Source of the DNA: Pseudovirgaria hyperparasitica
Taxonomy: Eukaryota
Strand: one strand, 5' to 3'
DNA length: 64,000 nt
Assembly (NCBI GenBank): GCA_010093815.1
Contig: ML996569.1
Below the pieces are notes generated by a model. The model was not told the DNA's origin and did not search any database. It worked only from the letters and a program-made list of their open reading frames with translations. The first letter of the stretch is position 1; the number at the start of each line of letters is the position of its first letter. Shown in pieces: positions 38,751 through 51,835 of the stretch. The translations under genes and the position numbers were made by a program.

Positions 38751-40811
38751 ATGACCACCATGCAGCAATATGGAGACGTGCATCAGCCTCATTCTTCTTC
38801 TCTAGCTCACGCCCCTCCCAACGGAGCGCAGTCCTCGATGAGCCACTATCCCTCCCAGTATCAGCAGCCTCCGATACTGCAACATGGCCAGCCCAGCTAC
38901 GGCTCGCAGAGCCAGTACGGTCATGCCTACAGCAACGGCGTACCGTCCGGCTACCAAGTGCAATCGCACATGAACCCTTCGGTTGCCCCACTGCCTGGTA
39001 TGCTTAAATTTTTTTGGTTTTACAATGTATTTGTGGTACGCTAACGGCATGCAGCAATGTCAACCTCCGGGCCCGGCTCTACGCTTCCCGCGTCCCAATA
39101 CAACGGAAGCCATACCTTTGACCAAACCGGCCAGGTTGCCCCACCCGGCATGAAGCCTCGAGTGACTGCAACTCTCTGGGAAGACGAAGGCACACTCTGC
39201 TTCCAAGTCGAAGCCAAGGGCATCTGTGTTGCTCGACGCGAAGGTACGATGACTTTTGTTTGAACCTTGACGCGTGCAACAAGACTCACAAGTCCAGATA
39301 ATCACATGATTAACGGCACGAAGCTGCTGAATGTCGCCGGCATGACACGTGGTCGACGTGACGGCATTCTGAAGAGCGAAAAAGTGAGACATGTGGTCAA
39401 GATTGGACCCATGCATCTCAAGGGTGTCTGGTAAGAAGGCGACTTCCGCGTCGAGTCGTCGGCTGGTCACTAATCTTGTCTGCCCAGGATCCCTTATGAG
39501 CGAGCATTGGAATTCGCGAACAAGGAGAAGATTACTGAATCTCTATACCCTCTGTTTGTCCACGACATTGGCAGTTTGCTGTATCACCCGTCGAATCAGA
39601 ACGGCCGCACTTCCGTTAGTGCCACCATGACGGCGGTTGAGCAGAGCAGAAGACGTCCCGACCAGCGCTACATTGGTGCGCCGCAAACTTCCCAGTCGCC
39701 TTCGCTACATCACCACCACTCCATGAGCAGCTCCATTCCTTCGCACATGCCACAGCCAAACTCTATCGCTCCTCATCCCAACGCGGCCAGACCAGGCCTT
39801 GATCGTGCTCACACCTTCCCCACTCCTCCGGCCAGCGCCTCGAGCATCATGGCCATGGGCAGCCAGGGCAACTCCTACGAGTGGAACAGTCCCTCCGTAT
39901 CGAACATGCAGAACGGTCAGCCACTATCAATAGATACGGGAATCAGCAACACTCGCTCTGTCCCGACAACACCAGCCTCCACTCCTCCAGGCGCAATGCA
40001 GAACATGGCGGCATACAGCACCACGCAAGGCTATGACAGCTCCAGACAGCTGTACTCTGCTCCTCCTGCCCAGCAAGGACAGTACAGCGCGGGCCCGCCG
40101 CCGGTGGATCGCTACAGCCAACCGATGCAGGGTGGCGTCTATCCCAAGACCGAAATGGCACCACCCTCCCGAACAGCCACGGAACAGGACCACCATGCTG
40201 AAACGAAGCCTTCGGAAGCTCTGTTGAACCAAGCATCATCAGGACATGATGACGAGGCCGAGCATGAGAGTGAATACACACACACCAGTGCTCCTTACAA
40301 CTCCAGCAGGAACTACAGCTACGCGGCCACGAATGGCGTGCACGGCGAGACGGCTCACCTCTCGCCGGATATGACTGGCTCCCCACACCAAAACGGCTCT
40401 GGGAGGGCGACTCCTCGAACGACCACGACTGGCACTGCATGGAATCCAGCATACACTGCACAGCGAGCACAGCCCGCCGCTACCAGTCTGATGAATGTCA
40501 TGAGTAACGACAGCCGACACGCCCCTAACGGTGGCAGTGACGGTTACACAGCCCCGCCCATCCACAGTGGCTACCCGAGCCAGTATCCATCTGCCAACAC
40601 CGTCCCGTCTGCGAAGCGGGGACGCGATGACGAAGACGAGCAAGACTACGCACGTCATCGGGACGGCGGTGCTGACGACCTTGACGGCCTGAAACGGCGC
40701 AAGACCATGCGCGAAGACAGCGTTGGCGGTGGAGCGGTTGGCAGTCCCTTTAGCGGGAATGGCAGCATTCAACGCAGTCAGCAGCCCACGGTCCAGCAGC
40801 GGAGGAGGTAA
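38751..40811 (+). CDS. stuA: APSES-domain transcription factor StuA (Asm-1/Efg1 family), from first in-frame ATG; frame is open from 38283
   Basis: '[102 protein letters not shown]'; introns 38998..39054, 39244..39297, 39431..39487; C-terminal KRGRDDED and LKRRKT. Confidence 0.97.
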
Positions 40812-41931
40812 GGCACCTGCTTGAGTGCCCTGGGTTTAGGTCACCAGTCCACATATATTATGAGCCGCACGACGACATAGACACGACCGAGCAGTGCCTG
40901 TCTGCCTGCCTGCCTAATCCGCTGCCATTAATTTTTTTTTTTTTACACAACAATCCTGCAGCCTGTCCATACTTGCCTCTCTCCTGCGACTGCGAACACG
41001 ACGACCGTACACTCGGCCGCCGCCCTCACCGCACCAACACTCTCTACCGATTTCTTTACATGTTCTCATCGAAATTTCCCGGCATTAACGACTTACGACC
41101 TTAAATTCGCGCTCCCAGACTCCATCTATTACAACTACCATTCACGACGTGGATCCCCCCATCACAGGTTTCCAGCACACCATAATGATCATGGTGTATG
41201 TGGCAGCGATTCAATACACAGCGTGACGACTTGTACTTTTTTCCAGCGCTTTCGCGACAGACGGCCTCGCCACATTAAAAACGAAGTCGAGCCAGACAAA
41301 GCAAACTTTACGGCTACGACGGATTTTAACAATACTTTTTTTTCTCTCTCTCTCTCCTCTCTCCTCTTGTTCAAATTCATTCAGGAGGAGCAACACGGCG
41401 AATACCGGGGAGGATACGGGGAGGGGGCTCGCATACAGGCTACACTCTGGTTCGATTGTCTTTTTCCCTTTTCCTCCCGAACGCCAGGACACACACACAC
41501 ACACAATATATTGGGGTTTTGGTCTTTTTGGAATATGAAGAATTTTTTTTATGAAAGCTAGCTAGCGAGCGAGCGAGCGGACATGATGGTGAAATTCTCA
41601 CGTACCGGCCCGCCTCGTCCTGGGAACAGACGGCGGCGGCGGCGGCGGCCGGGGCATCACGGCGGACATGAAAACAGACAGACCGATCGATGGCAGTTAT
41701 GATGGAGCTTATGATAACGAGACCAATCAATCCAAAAGCGACGTGTGCTTGCTCTTCCACGGCCTGTGTGTTGGCTTGATATTTGATGTGATGTGACGTG
41801 ACATGGACTTGATGTTGACTGTGACAGGACAGAGCAATGACAAGACAAGACATGCAACTCACGTCTAGTAATCTCTAGCATCCCCTTTTTGATTTCCCGA
41901 TATTGATAGGATTACTAGATTTACGGCTGGA

Positions 41932-42003
41932 GGATGGATGGATGGATGGATGGATGGATGGATGGATGGATGGATGGATGGATGGATGGATGGATGGATG
42001 GAT
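41932..42003. repeat. (GGAT)n tetranucleotide microsatellite
   Basis: Perfect GGAT run of ~18 units. Confidence 0.95.
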
Positions 42004-42389
42004 CTATATATAGTAGTACTAGGGAGTAAAGATGGGGTGAGAGGTAAGATACTAAGTATAGTTTAAAGTAGAGATAGAGATAGAGATAGAGATAGAGAAG
42101 AAAGAAGATGGAGAGGAAGGTCCTTAGGAGGAGGAGAAAGTAGTACTTCTTATATTCATATATATATATATATATATAGATACTACTCTATACTACGTAC
42201 TATATACTAAGACTACTCTATACTACTTTACTACTTTACGCCTCTTAGACCTACTCTAGTCTAGTCTAGTCTAGGTAGGTAGATAGAGAGAGAGAGGGAG
42301 GTAGAGAGGGAGGTAAATAGTGACAAGGGGGTTATGTTAAATCTATTTCTTTGTTCGTTTTTTTGGTTCGCTGTGTTTTTTTATGTATT

Positions 42390-42391
<2 letters not shown>

Positions 42392-42442
<51 letters not shown>
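42392..42442. repeat. (TG)n dinucleotide microsatellite
   Basis: Perfect TG run of ~25 units. Confidence 0.95.
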
Positions 42443-42444
<2 letters not shown>

Positions 42445-42912
42445 ACCGCGTGTGTTTATTCGCTTCTTCGTTTGTATATATCCATTAAATAGATAGTAAG
42501 ATAAGAAGTAAGTAATACAGCGTGCGTACTAGGAGTAGAAAGTCTGTCTCGACGTATAAGATACGGGCTATGGGTGGTAAGATGGATAGGCTAAAGGGTT
42601 CTATAAACGAAATTGAGTCTATATAGATAAAGGTCTATGAATGAAGGGCTATGTCTACGGCGGCTATGTCGTTTTTTAAGCTAGACATGTAGATTCATAA
42701 GTCAGGGTCTATGAAGCAGGGTTGATAAAAGTAAAGTATCCATGAGTAAAAGTCCACGAATGACTCAAACCCTATATCAAGCAAAGTCTGATAATAAAGA
42801 AAGGCATAGATTCATTCCTTCGTTGTTTGCTCTTCGGCTGTTTTCGATTCCGGCTGTTTTCTGGCGCTTGCTTGGTTGCTTGATATCTGCCTGCCTGTCT
42901 GTCTATCTGTTC

Positions 42913-42972
42913 TGTTCTGGATATGCTGTTCTGGATACGCTGTTCTGGATACGCTGTTCTGGATACGCTGTT
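42913..42972. repeat. 14-bp minisatellite (TGTTCTGGATACGC) x4
   Basis: Four adjacent near-identical copies. Confidence 0.85.
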
Positions 42973-45900
42973 TAGGTTAAGCTGCAGTTCTAACTTCTAG
43001 TCTACTGCGAGGGAATGGAGCAGATGGATGCATGCATGCATATATACTTGTGTACTATATGTGTTATGTTCATATAGATTTAGCCGGAAAAAGGGGGCGT
43101 TTAGCAGGAACTTGATGGTTAATTTCAAGTGGAGGATCCGAAAGGGGACGTAGTCGTATACATATATATGCAAAGTCTCAACGGTACTCAGGAAGTTGTC
43201 TCTAGTCCTATCTTCTCGCACCATGTCTCGTAGGGGGGGCGGATACTTCTTATCCTAGGGTAGGGAGCAAGAAAAGGTTATATCACCAAGCGAGAGGGTA
43301 GTGTATATATATACACGCCATATACACACTCGACATTCAATAGCACGAGCAAGTAGGATATCTAGCATATATATTCTAAAGCATATAACGTATCTTCCCA
43401 GTCAGGAAGTGCGCGATGCATGATATACGATATACGACAACCCCCCGTCTGACTCGAAACCTGACCATGCCAAAGGACAATCATTTACGTGCTTTGCATT
43501 CCTTGCCATATAATCGCCCGCTTTTCCTATGTAGCCTTCCCATGTTCATCATCTCTCCCCGCAATCTCCCCTTATCCCGCCCTCTTCTCTCCTACGCACG
43601 ATGTGTATACATATATGTACGAATCAACATGCTACAAGCGCGAACATATTCTACATACGGGAACATATACTACATGCGAACGAACGAACGTATACATCCC
43701 ACGCATACATCATGCACGCACACACGCTCGTATCCATACATACATACACATACATACATCATGCACGCACGGCACGGCACGATACATATGTATGTGGGGA
43801 GTGCAGCGCCGGGGATGCTGTATGCCCCCCATATACCCCATATCTGTGAATGTGTCTGCATCTGGGTTCTATAAGACTGTAGACTCTGCAGACGTGTAGA
43901 CCAACCCCAGACAGACGTGTGAAGAAAAGCCCAGCCGCGACGAACGGCCGATGAGCGGGCGATACTCATGCGCACGTCGATGCCAAGATCTTGCATGTAT
44001 GCATGATTTGATAGATGGGGGTTTGAGGGGGGGTGGGTGGTGTGATCGATCAGTCAGTTAGTTAGTAGGTTCTAGGCCGCCTTGTAGAAGACGATAAAGA
44101 AGATGATGAAGATGAAGAAGGATCGGGGAAGCGGATTAGACTGGGAATGGCTGACCAACTAACGGACGGACTCATTCACGGGCTAAATCAACTGAATATT
44201 CGTGGAGACAGGTTTATCAGGTTATGGCCTCTATCGATCTATGTATCTATCTAGACATCTACACCATCGTAGCATTGCTTCGGAGGTCCCAGGTCAAGGC
44301 TGTCCGAGGAGGAGGCAACTTGGCTAGCCAGCTACCGAGCCATCGTTCCGGGCATGTCCAGCCGACGCAGAAAGCAATGATATCACATTATCCAAATCCT
44401 AGGTGCTTCACGTATAGTGCCGTATAGTATAGTATATCACAGCCCCCGATGATAGCATACAGCATGTATGAGATTACCGCCGCCCGTAGCATAGCATACC
44501 CGGAGCACACGAAGAACGCCTCGCCGCTCTGCTCCACAAATGCCCCCCATCTATATCTTATCTATATTTCGATCTCTAGAAATTGCCGCTCGGTCGGGCA
44601 ATCTATGGATGGCATCGCGGAGCATGGCATGGGCTACACGGGAACGTCTGTGCAGGTGGATGGATGGGCACGCGGACAGGCAGGCAGGCAGGCAGATACG
44701 TCGTACATGAACACCTACATACATACATTAAATCTACAACCTCACACAGCCAGCCAGCCAGCCAGCCAGCCGGACAAGACAAAAAAACAAAGCAAACACA
44801 CAGCGCAAACAAGCAGGCAGAAACGCGCTGATCCCCACCAAGCCATCTCCGTCCACCCTGCAACGCTGCGGCGCACGATACCACTAACTACACTACCACC
44901 ACACACCCACACCCACAAACCCACCCACAGACAGCACAGCACAACCCTCAACATCGCCTCCTCCGCGCCTCACCCCCGCATATCCTGCGCACCACCCACG
45001 CACCAAACAATAAGCCAGATAGACAGATAGCCAGACAGACAGCCAGACAGGCTAACTAGAACCCCAATACCACCGAGCGCGGACGCTCCGTGCCATATAG
45101 AGCCTGGGACGGGGCCACGGACGACAGGGGAGAGAGGTGTGTGCTGAGTTAGGGGAGAAGAAGGGCGGGAGAAGGAAGGAAGGAAGGAAGGAAGGAAGGA
45201 AGGAAGGAAAGAAAGGAAGAAAGAAAGGAAAAGGACCGGGCGGGGGGATATGGGAGGGAAGGGCCGAAGCGGCGCCTTTTTTTGGGGGGGTTGTTGCTGG
45301 TTGTTGTTGTTGAGTATGGGAGGTATTATTTGGTTTTGGGGGTGTGCGTGTGTGCGTGCGTGCTGGAGGTGTGATGCGAACTGGAATTGAGGTTGAGGTT
45401 GTTGTGTGTTAATTAGCCTGGCGGGCTGGCTGGCTGGCTTCTAGCGTTTCTGCTAGGGAGGCGGATTTTACTAATTAGGGTTTTACTATTACTATGAACT
45501 ATGAATCGCAGTTGACGCGCTGGCTAGAGACGGATGGTCGTGCTCGAGCCTTGTCGTTGCTCTGGTGTAGTGTGTATGCCTATTTGATATACTCTTTCAC
45601 TCTATTGAGTCCTTTCACTCCGCGCCCACGATAATCACACGTTCACAATCCAAAACTAGACAGTCCATTCATCCCCTCCATCCATCCATCTATGCACACA
45701 TGGATCTCTCTCAACAGTGAATCTACTACACACACACTTCCCATCCCATCCCATCCCATCTCAAAGCACAGCCCCCGCCCACCGGCACTCCCACACGCAC
45801 ACATACATAACGCATGCATGCATGCATATGCATCCACATGCACACACCCGCGCCCCAACTTTCACCCCACCACCATCACCACGATTTCCTACACGCCTAA

Positions 45901-46757
45901 CGAACCAGTCAACCATCCAACCAACCAACCAACCAAAGCAGATCCAGCGCAGTATAATATCGTCCCAATATACTCCATACAACACAGTACAGTATATACA
46001 AACCCCTCAAACACTGAAACAAACAATATACCACACACACACACATTACAAACCCCGAACCCAACCCCCAACGAAAGCGAAAAAGCACACACATCTCACT
46101 CATCTCATCCCAGCCTTGCCGTTTGCAAAGCACACACACATACACTACACTACGCATCCTACCCTACCCTACCCTACCCTATCCTACCCTTCCCGCATAC
46201 ACACATACATGCATGCATACGGCACGGGAGACCAGGATCTAAACCCTTCACCCTGCGCGCGCGCCCTCCACACGTCGGCCCTAGCCTCGCTGGCCTCGCT
46301 GGCCATTCCATTCATTCCATTTCACCCTTCACCCCTTCCGTCACGCCCACGGGCCCAGCGCGCCGGCATTCCTGTTCGCAGCGAGGCACCGACCGGCTTG
46401 AGATATGCCACGCTAGATAGTGCTAAGGAATGGTAATAGCAGTGCCAATGCCATGTGTGTACATTTAACTAGAGCGTAGCTGCGTAGGTTTATATGTAGA
46501 GTTGTATATATGGAAAGTGTATATATGTACTGTATGGACTGTATGTATGTGTGTTATCCGTACATGTATGTATGTATGTAGCTATCCGCACCCGCTCCCG
46601 CACACCCGTGCCCGCGCCCGCGCCCGCGCCCGCAATCGCAGCTGCATACATGCATGCATGCGCACTGCGATGTATGGTGCCGTCTGCTGCGTTGCTGCGA
46701 GATGACATTCTGCTGGGTTTGGTTGGGTTTGGGGCTTGGGGCTGGAGGACTAGGGAT

Positions 46758-47004
<247 letters not shown>

Positions 47005-47262
47005 GGAGCATGGGGTCCGCGTCGGGGTGCAGTGCGGTGCGGTTGCGGTTACGGTTGCGGTTGCGGTGCGGCGCGGCGAGTTAGCCGAGCAGTTAGTTGG
47101 TTAGTTAGTTCTACTGTGGTTAGTTAGTTCGTTAGTTGATAGCACGGTTGTCAGTCAGCCAGGTTAGTTACGGTAGCTAGGCAAGGGTATTCGGGGCCAG
47201 CGAAGCATCGAAGCATCGAAGCATCGAATAACCTTCCTTTCCTTTCCTTTCCTTTCCTTCCT

Positions 47263-47299
<37 letters not shown>

Positions 47300-49289
47300 C
47301 GTTAGTTCCTTCGGGGTCTTCGGTGCCTTTGCTCCTTTCGGCTGATGACGGGACTGGATTTACTTATGGTAAGTTAGTAGGTCAGTCAGTCAGTCAGTAA
47401 GTAAGTAGATAGACGCCAGCCCGTGCGTGTGTGCGTGTGTGCGTGTGTGTGCATCGTAAGGCAGACCAGACCAGACCAGACCAGACCAGACTAGAACGGA
47501 CCAACCCAAACAAGGGCATCACAAATAACCGCTTTCTCTGCCTGCCCGAACAGCAGAAGCACGCACAGAAGCACGGAAGCACGGAAGCACGGAAGAACAA
47601 GAGCAAAAAGAAGAAACGAACCGCCCGCCAGTCCCAAGTCCATGTCCATCCATAGCATGAGATAGATGACTAAACCATATCATCATCACCTCATCCCCAT
47701 CCTTGTCTTCCCTGCGTTCCCCTTCTTCCCTTGCCCCTTCCCGAACAAGAGCGAGGAGGGGGAGGCAATTTTCGTTTCGCTCTGCTCTGCTCTGCTTTAT
47801 TGCGCGCTCTGCTCGAGCAAGAAAGGGAGGGAGAAGGACCGTGGACAGGGATCCATGCTGACACATAAATTACCCGAAAGAGAAGGTACGATTAGGTTTT
47901 TACGAGGGAGGAGGATGCGAGGCGCGGGGATAGGCGAGTGCCCGTGCGGCATGGATGGACTGGATGGACTGGATTGAACGGATGGGTGTGTGCACTTGGT
48001 AGGGAAGAAGGGAGGGAGGGGGGTGTGGTGCGTCTATGCGTTGTCGTGACTCGTGTGCCGAGTGCTGGTTTAGGGGGGGGGGGGGGGGGACGCGACCGGG
48101 GCTGGGATGCAAGGGAAGGGATGGAAGGATGGGAGGAAAGGGAAGAAGTGCGCGAGGAGAAGACCGGGGAGGGATAGAACACGAGAAGAGGGGAGAGAAG
48201 ACAATTGAGGGGATTGTGAAGGTTTGCTGCTGAGCCATGTCGGTGACAGACAGTGACAGTTCCACGTGCTGTGTGATTGGCGTGCATGGACGGTCTTGCT
48301 GTGTAGCTCTGGCTATCTTCGAGGCTGAGAGGACTCCCAGCACTGCCCCCGGGTGGATGAAGACAATCTGAAGTCCTGGAGTTTTGCATTTTAACTGAAT
48401 GTACGGTTTGATTGCTCACTACGTCCCGTCCCGTACCACGGCGCCGTATCCTAAACACCAGTCGTGCTTACACCGCCAACAGTGGCAGAGTATCACCACA
48501 GTCTTGCCGTCTGTCCATCTTCTAAGCTGACTTCAGTTTGACCCCATATTCCGATGTCCTAGTCCCGGCAGACTTCCTGCACGCTATGCTGCAATCAAGC
48601 TGCGAACCACTGCCAAATCACCTTGGCGACATTCCAGATCTGTCGGTCTATCACTGCACGCCGCGAGATGGCCAAGCAGAAGGCGGTAGATCAGCCGTCG
48701 TGACTTGGCGGGTCTCTTAAGTCTGAAGTCCACACGTAGAGCTTGTCTACCATAGTCCCATCGCCAGGCACAAGACACTGTCTCCATGGTCGTATCGTGT
48801 TTCGTTACTTGGTGGTTTGCTGGTCGAGTCGACTGGGGCACCCCTCAAGCCCTTATCACGCATAGACGCAGACCTCTTGGAGGACGTGAGCTGCATGAAC
48901 TCGTCGGGGAAGTATGGGATGGACCGTTCCTCAGACTAGTCGCCTTCGCTCGTAGGGCTGTATGTATGGTCGTCCATGCGTACGGAGACATCGTGGTAGT
49001 CCAGTTGTGACTGGATATGGGTGTTCTTGATGATGTAACAAACACTACCTCAGTAGTATGCTTTGACCATGATTCTTCGATGATACCTGCTACAATGAAT
49101 GGTCAGCATTGTCGTCGTCCACCTTCCAAATCGACCATCACTTACGGGTAGAAACACAAGCCTGATGGCTAGTCAGTTGTGTTGAAATTGAGATCACCTG
49201 CACATGGTATTATAAGAGTACAGCTTTGTGACATTCTATGATCTATCTCTGTCCACCACCATCGCTACATTTACACCTTAGATGCAGCT

Positions 49290-50176
49290 CTATTTCCCAA
49301 CATTAGTGTACCGCAGGTATGGCTTGACCTCCCTGACGTCGCCAAACTTCTTCTTCGCATCTTCCGTCGACACCGGCACCGGGATTATGACATCGTCACC
49401 CACATTCCAGTCGATCGGCGTAGCTACACCCTTCTTGTCTGTGGTCTGTAGCGAGTCGATGACCCTCAAGACCTCGGCAGAGTTTCTGCCCGTCGACGCG
49501 GGGTACAGCATCGTGAGTCTGATCTTCTTGCTCGGATCGATCACGAAGACGGAGCGGATCGTCAAGGGCAATTCGTTCTTCTTGTCAATGTCCTCTTGCG
49601 CAATCATGTCGTACTTGTATGCGATAGCACGGTCGCTATCGGCAATGATGGGGAATGTCACGTTTGTCTTTGAGATTTCGTTGATATCCGAGACCCATTT
49701 TTCGTGGTTGCCCAGGTCGTCGGCACTCTGTGCGAGTGCGATTAGCTCAAAGTCCTGCGACGGGTACAACAGGTAGTCGAGTTCGTACCAAGCCAATCAT
49801 TTTGACGCCTCGCCTATCAAACTCGCCCTTCAGCTTGGAAAAAGCCCCCAGCTCTGTCGTGCAGACAGGAGTGTAGTCCTTGGGGTGGGAGAACAGAATG
49901 GCCCAGCTATTGCCAATGTATTCGTGGAAATCGATGTCGCCAATGGTCGTTTTGGCCTTGAAATTCGGGGCTACATAGCATCAGGACTTGTATATATGTC
50001 TCAATAGAGCTGCAAAACATACCTGTAGCCCCCAATCGTAGACGTGGCTGCTCCGTCGACGTTGCTAAGAAGCGACGAGTGTGGAATGCAGGGCGTGTAT
50101 GCGCCACATTCGGTCGCGCGACGGACTTCAAGTAGCCTAAAGCTCTGGGAGCTGTACGAGGAAGATATGAAGCCAT
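49290..50176 (-). CDS. prx1: Mitochondrial 1-Cys peroxiredoxin Prx1
   Basis: Arg-rich presequence [14 protein letters not shown]...; '[20 protein letters not shown]'; '[14 protein letters not shown]...YPASTGRN'; introns 49971..50022 and 49728..49788. Confidence 0.95.
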
Positions 50177-50347
50177 TTGATATGTATGCAAGTGACGACT
50201 TCGATGGTGCAACAGACAACATGTGGTCGCAGAGTATCAATTAGAAGCACTATCTCGAGATGGCGTCATTACCCGTGTAGAGCCACGCTAGGTCTCATTA
50301 GGTTAGTAGACACCTATCGGCCTTTCCGATTAGGTAGGTACGATATT

Positions 50348-50905
50348 CAGGGTCCAGCCATCACTTTTGACCACGAACTTCCACGATGGTGTTCTATAGA
50401 CTACCTATTTCGGTGTATACACTCTGAGAGGTCATTATTATTGGTTATCGGCTGCCATGACGTATGACACGGGGTTGGTCGTGTTTCAGGTTTGTTTATA
50501 AGTATACAGGGTCCAGCCAAGAGCATCACTTTTGACCACGAACTTCCACGATAATGGTTATTGGATTGCCTCTTTCGGTGGCTACGCTCTCAGAGGTTCT
50601 ATCATTGGTTATTAGCTGCTATGATCAACGCACGGTCGTGTTTCAAAGTGATGTTTCACTTTGTTTATCTTCTCCACGTGTGATATTCAGGGTCCAGCCA
50701 AGAGCATCACTTTTGACCACGAACTTCCACGATATTAATCATTGGATTGCCTATTTCGATACTTATACTCCGAGAAGTTACTATTATTGGCTGCTGGCTG
50801 CTATGACGTAGAAACGTTTAGTCAAAGTGATGTTTCACTTTGTTGATCTCCTACACGCAGGGTCCAGCCAAGAGCACCACTTTTGACCACGAACTTCAAC
50901 GATCA
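50348..50905 (+). repeat. Four-copy imperfect tandem repeat (period ~160-180 bp) with hairpin-forming units
   Basis: CAGGGTCCAGCCA...CACTTTTGACCACGAACTTC at 50348, 50507, 50688, 50858; distal parts homologous but diverged. Confidence 0.9.
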
Positions 50906-51835
50906 CGCACTCTATTACCTCTTTCACCGGTGCCTAGCTAATCCAGGCCTTCTATTCGTTCTAATACCTCTAGTGGCGTTTCAGTAAGGTCTCCAGTCGA
51001 CGACATCTCAGTCTTCTTGTTGCTATATCCGTTTCGTCGACAACATTACTCTCCTGCAAGTGAAGCGGTTACTGAATACCACGTTAAGTATCTTTCGATC
51101 TCTGCCGACAACAGCGAACTCCTTCTCTAAGCATAACTTCATGACTGCATACTGCACGAGATTTTCCGCGTTCACCATATACTAGCCTCTCTTGGCCAAA
51201 TGCTAGATCGAGCTTCATGTGAGTATTGTTGTCAGCAAGGCCCAGTGCGCTCTGTCTCATACTTCCGCTCCAATAGCTAGGCAACCATCCATCATGAGAC
51301 TCAAAGCATACTTGTGTTTGATCAGGTGCTCGTAGAGAATCAAGAGATCACGGGACCTGCCCCTCGTTATGTTCTTGAAATTACTGTCCTTAAGGTTTTC
51401 TTGCAGTTCTTGTCTAGGACCTGGAAAGGAACGTGACACCTCCTGTTCTTTTGTCGACCCGTTCATGAGACTATGTGAAGGAGATCTGGCCTCACTTCTT
51501 AATTGTCATATTCTGTTCTCTGGATTCTCTGCCATGTGGCTTCACTTCTAAGGAGCAAAGTCATTAGATGTGAGTCATGGTGTTGATCAATCCCGAAAGT
51601 AAGACTGCCCTGACTGCTATAGTGAAATGGACTTGAAGTAGTGCCGGGTCAGTTGGGGATACTTCACTTGTGAAGCTCTCCCCCAACAGTTTTCGCCTAG
51701 TGTGAATGCTGACATATCGACCCGAAAACAGTGTTTATAAAAGACTGCGCAGCTGCAAACTTTCTTCGACCGCACTCCAATCATTCCTTACTTCAACGTC
51801 TTGTCGTTGTATTCAAAGACCTCGAGTATTTCAAT

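Noticed and set aside
50348..50905. CRISPR-like repeat-spacer array
   Set aside because: Intervening segments are 110-135 nt and homologous to each other, the context is eukaryotic and no cas genes are present
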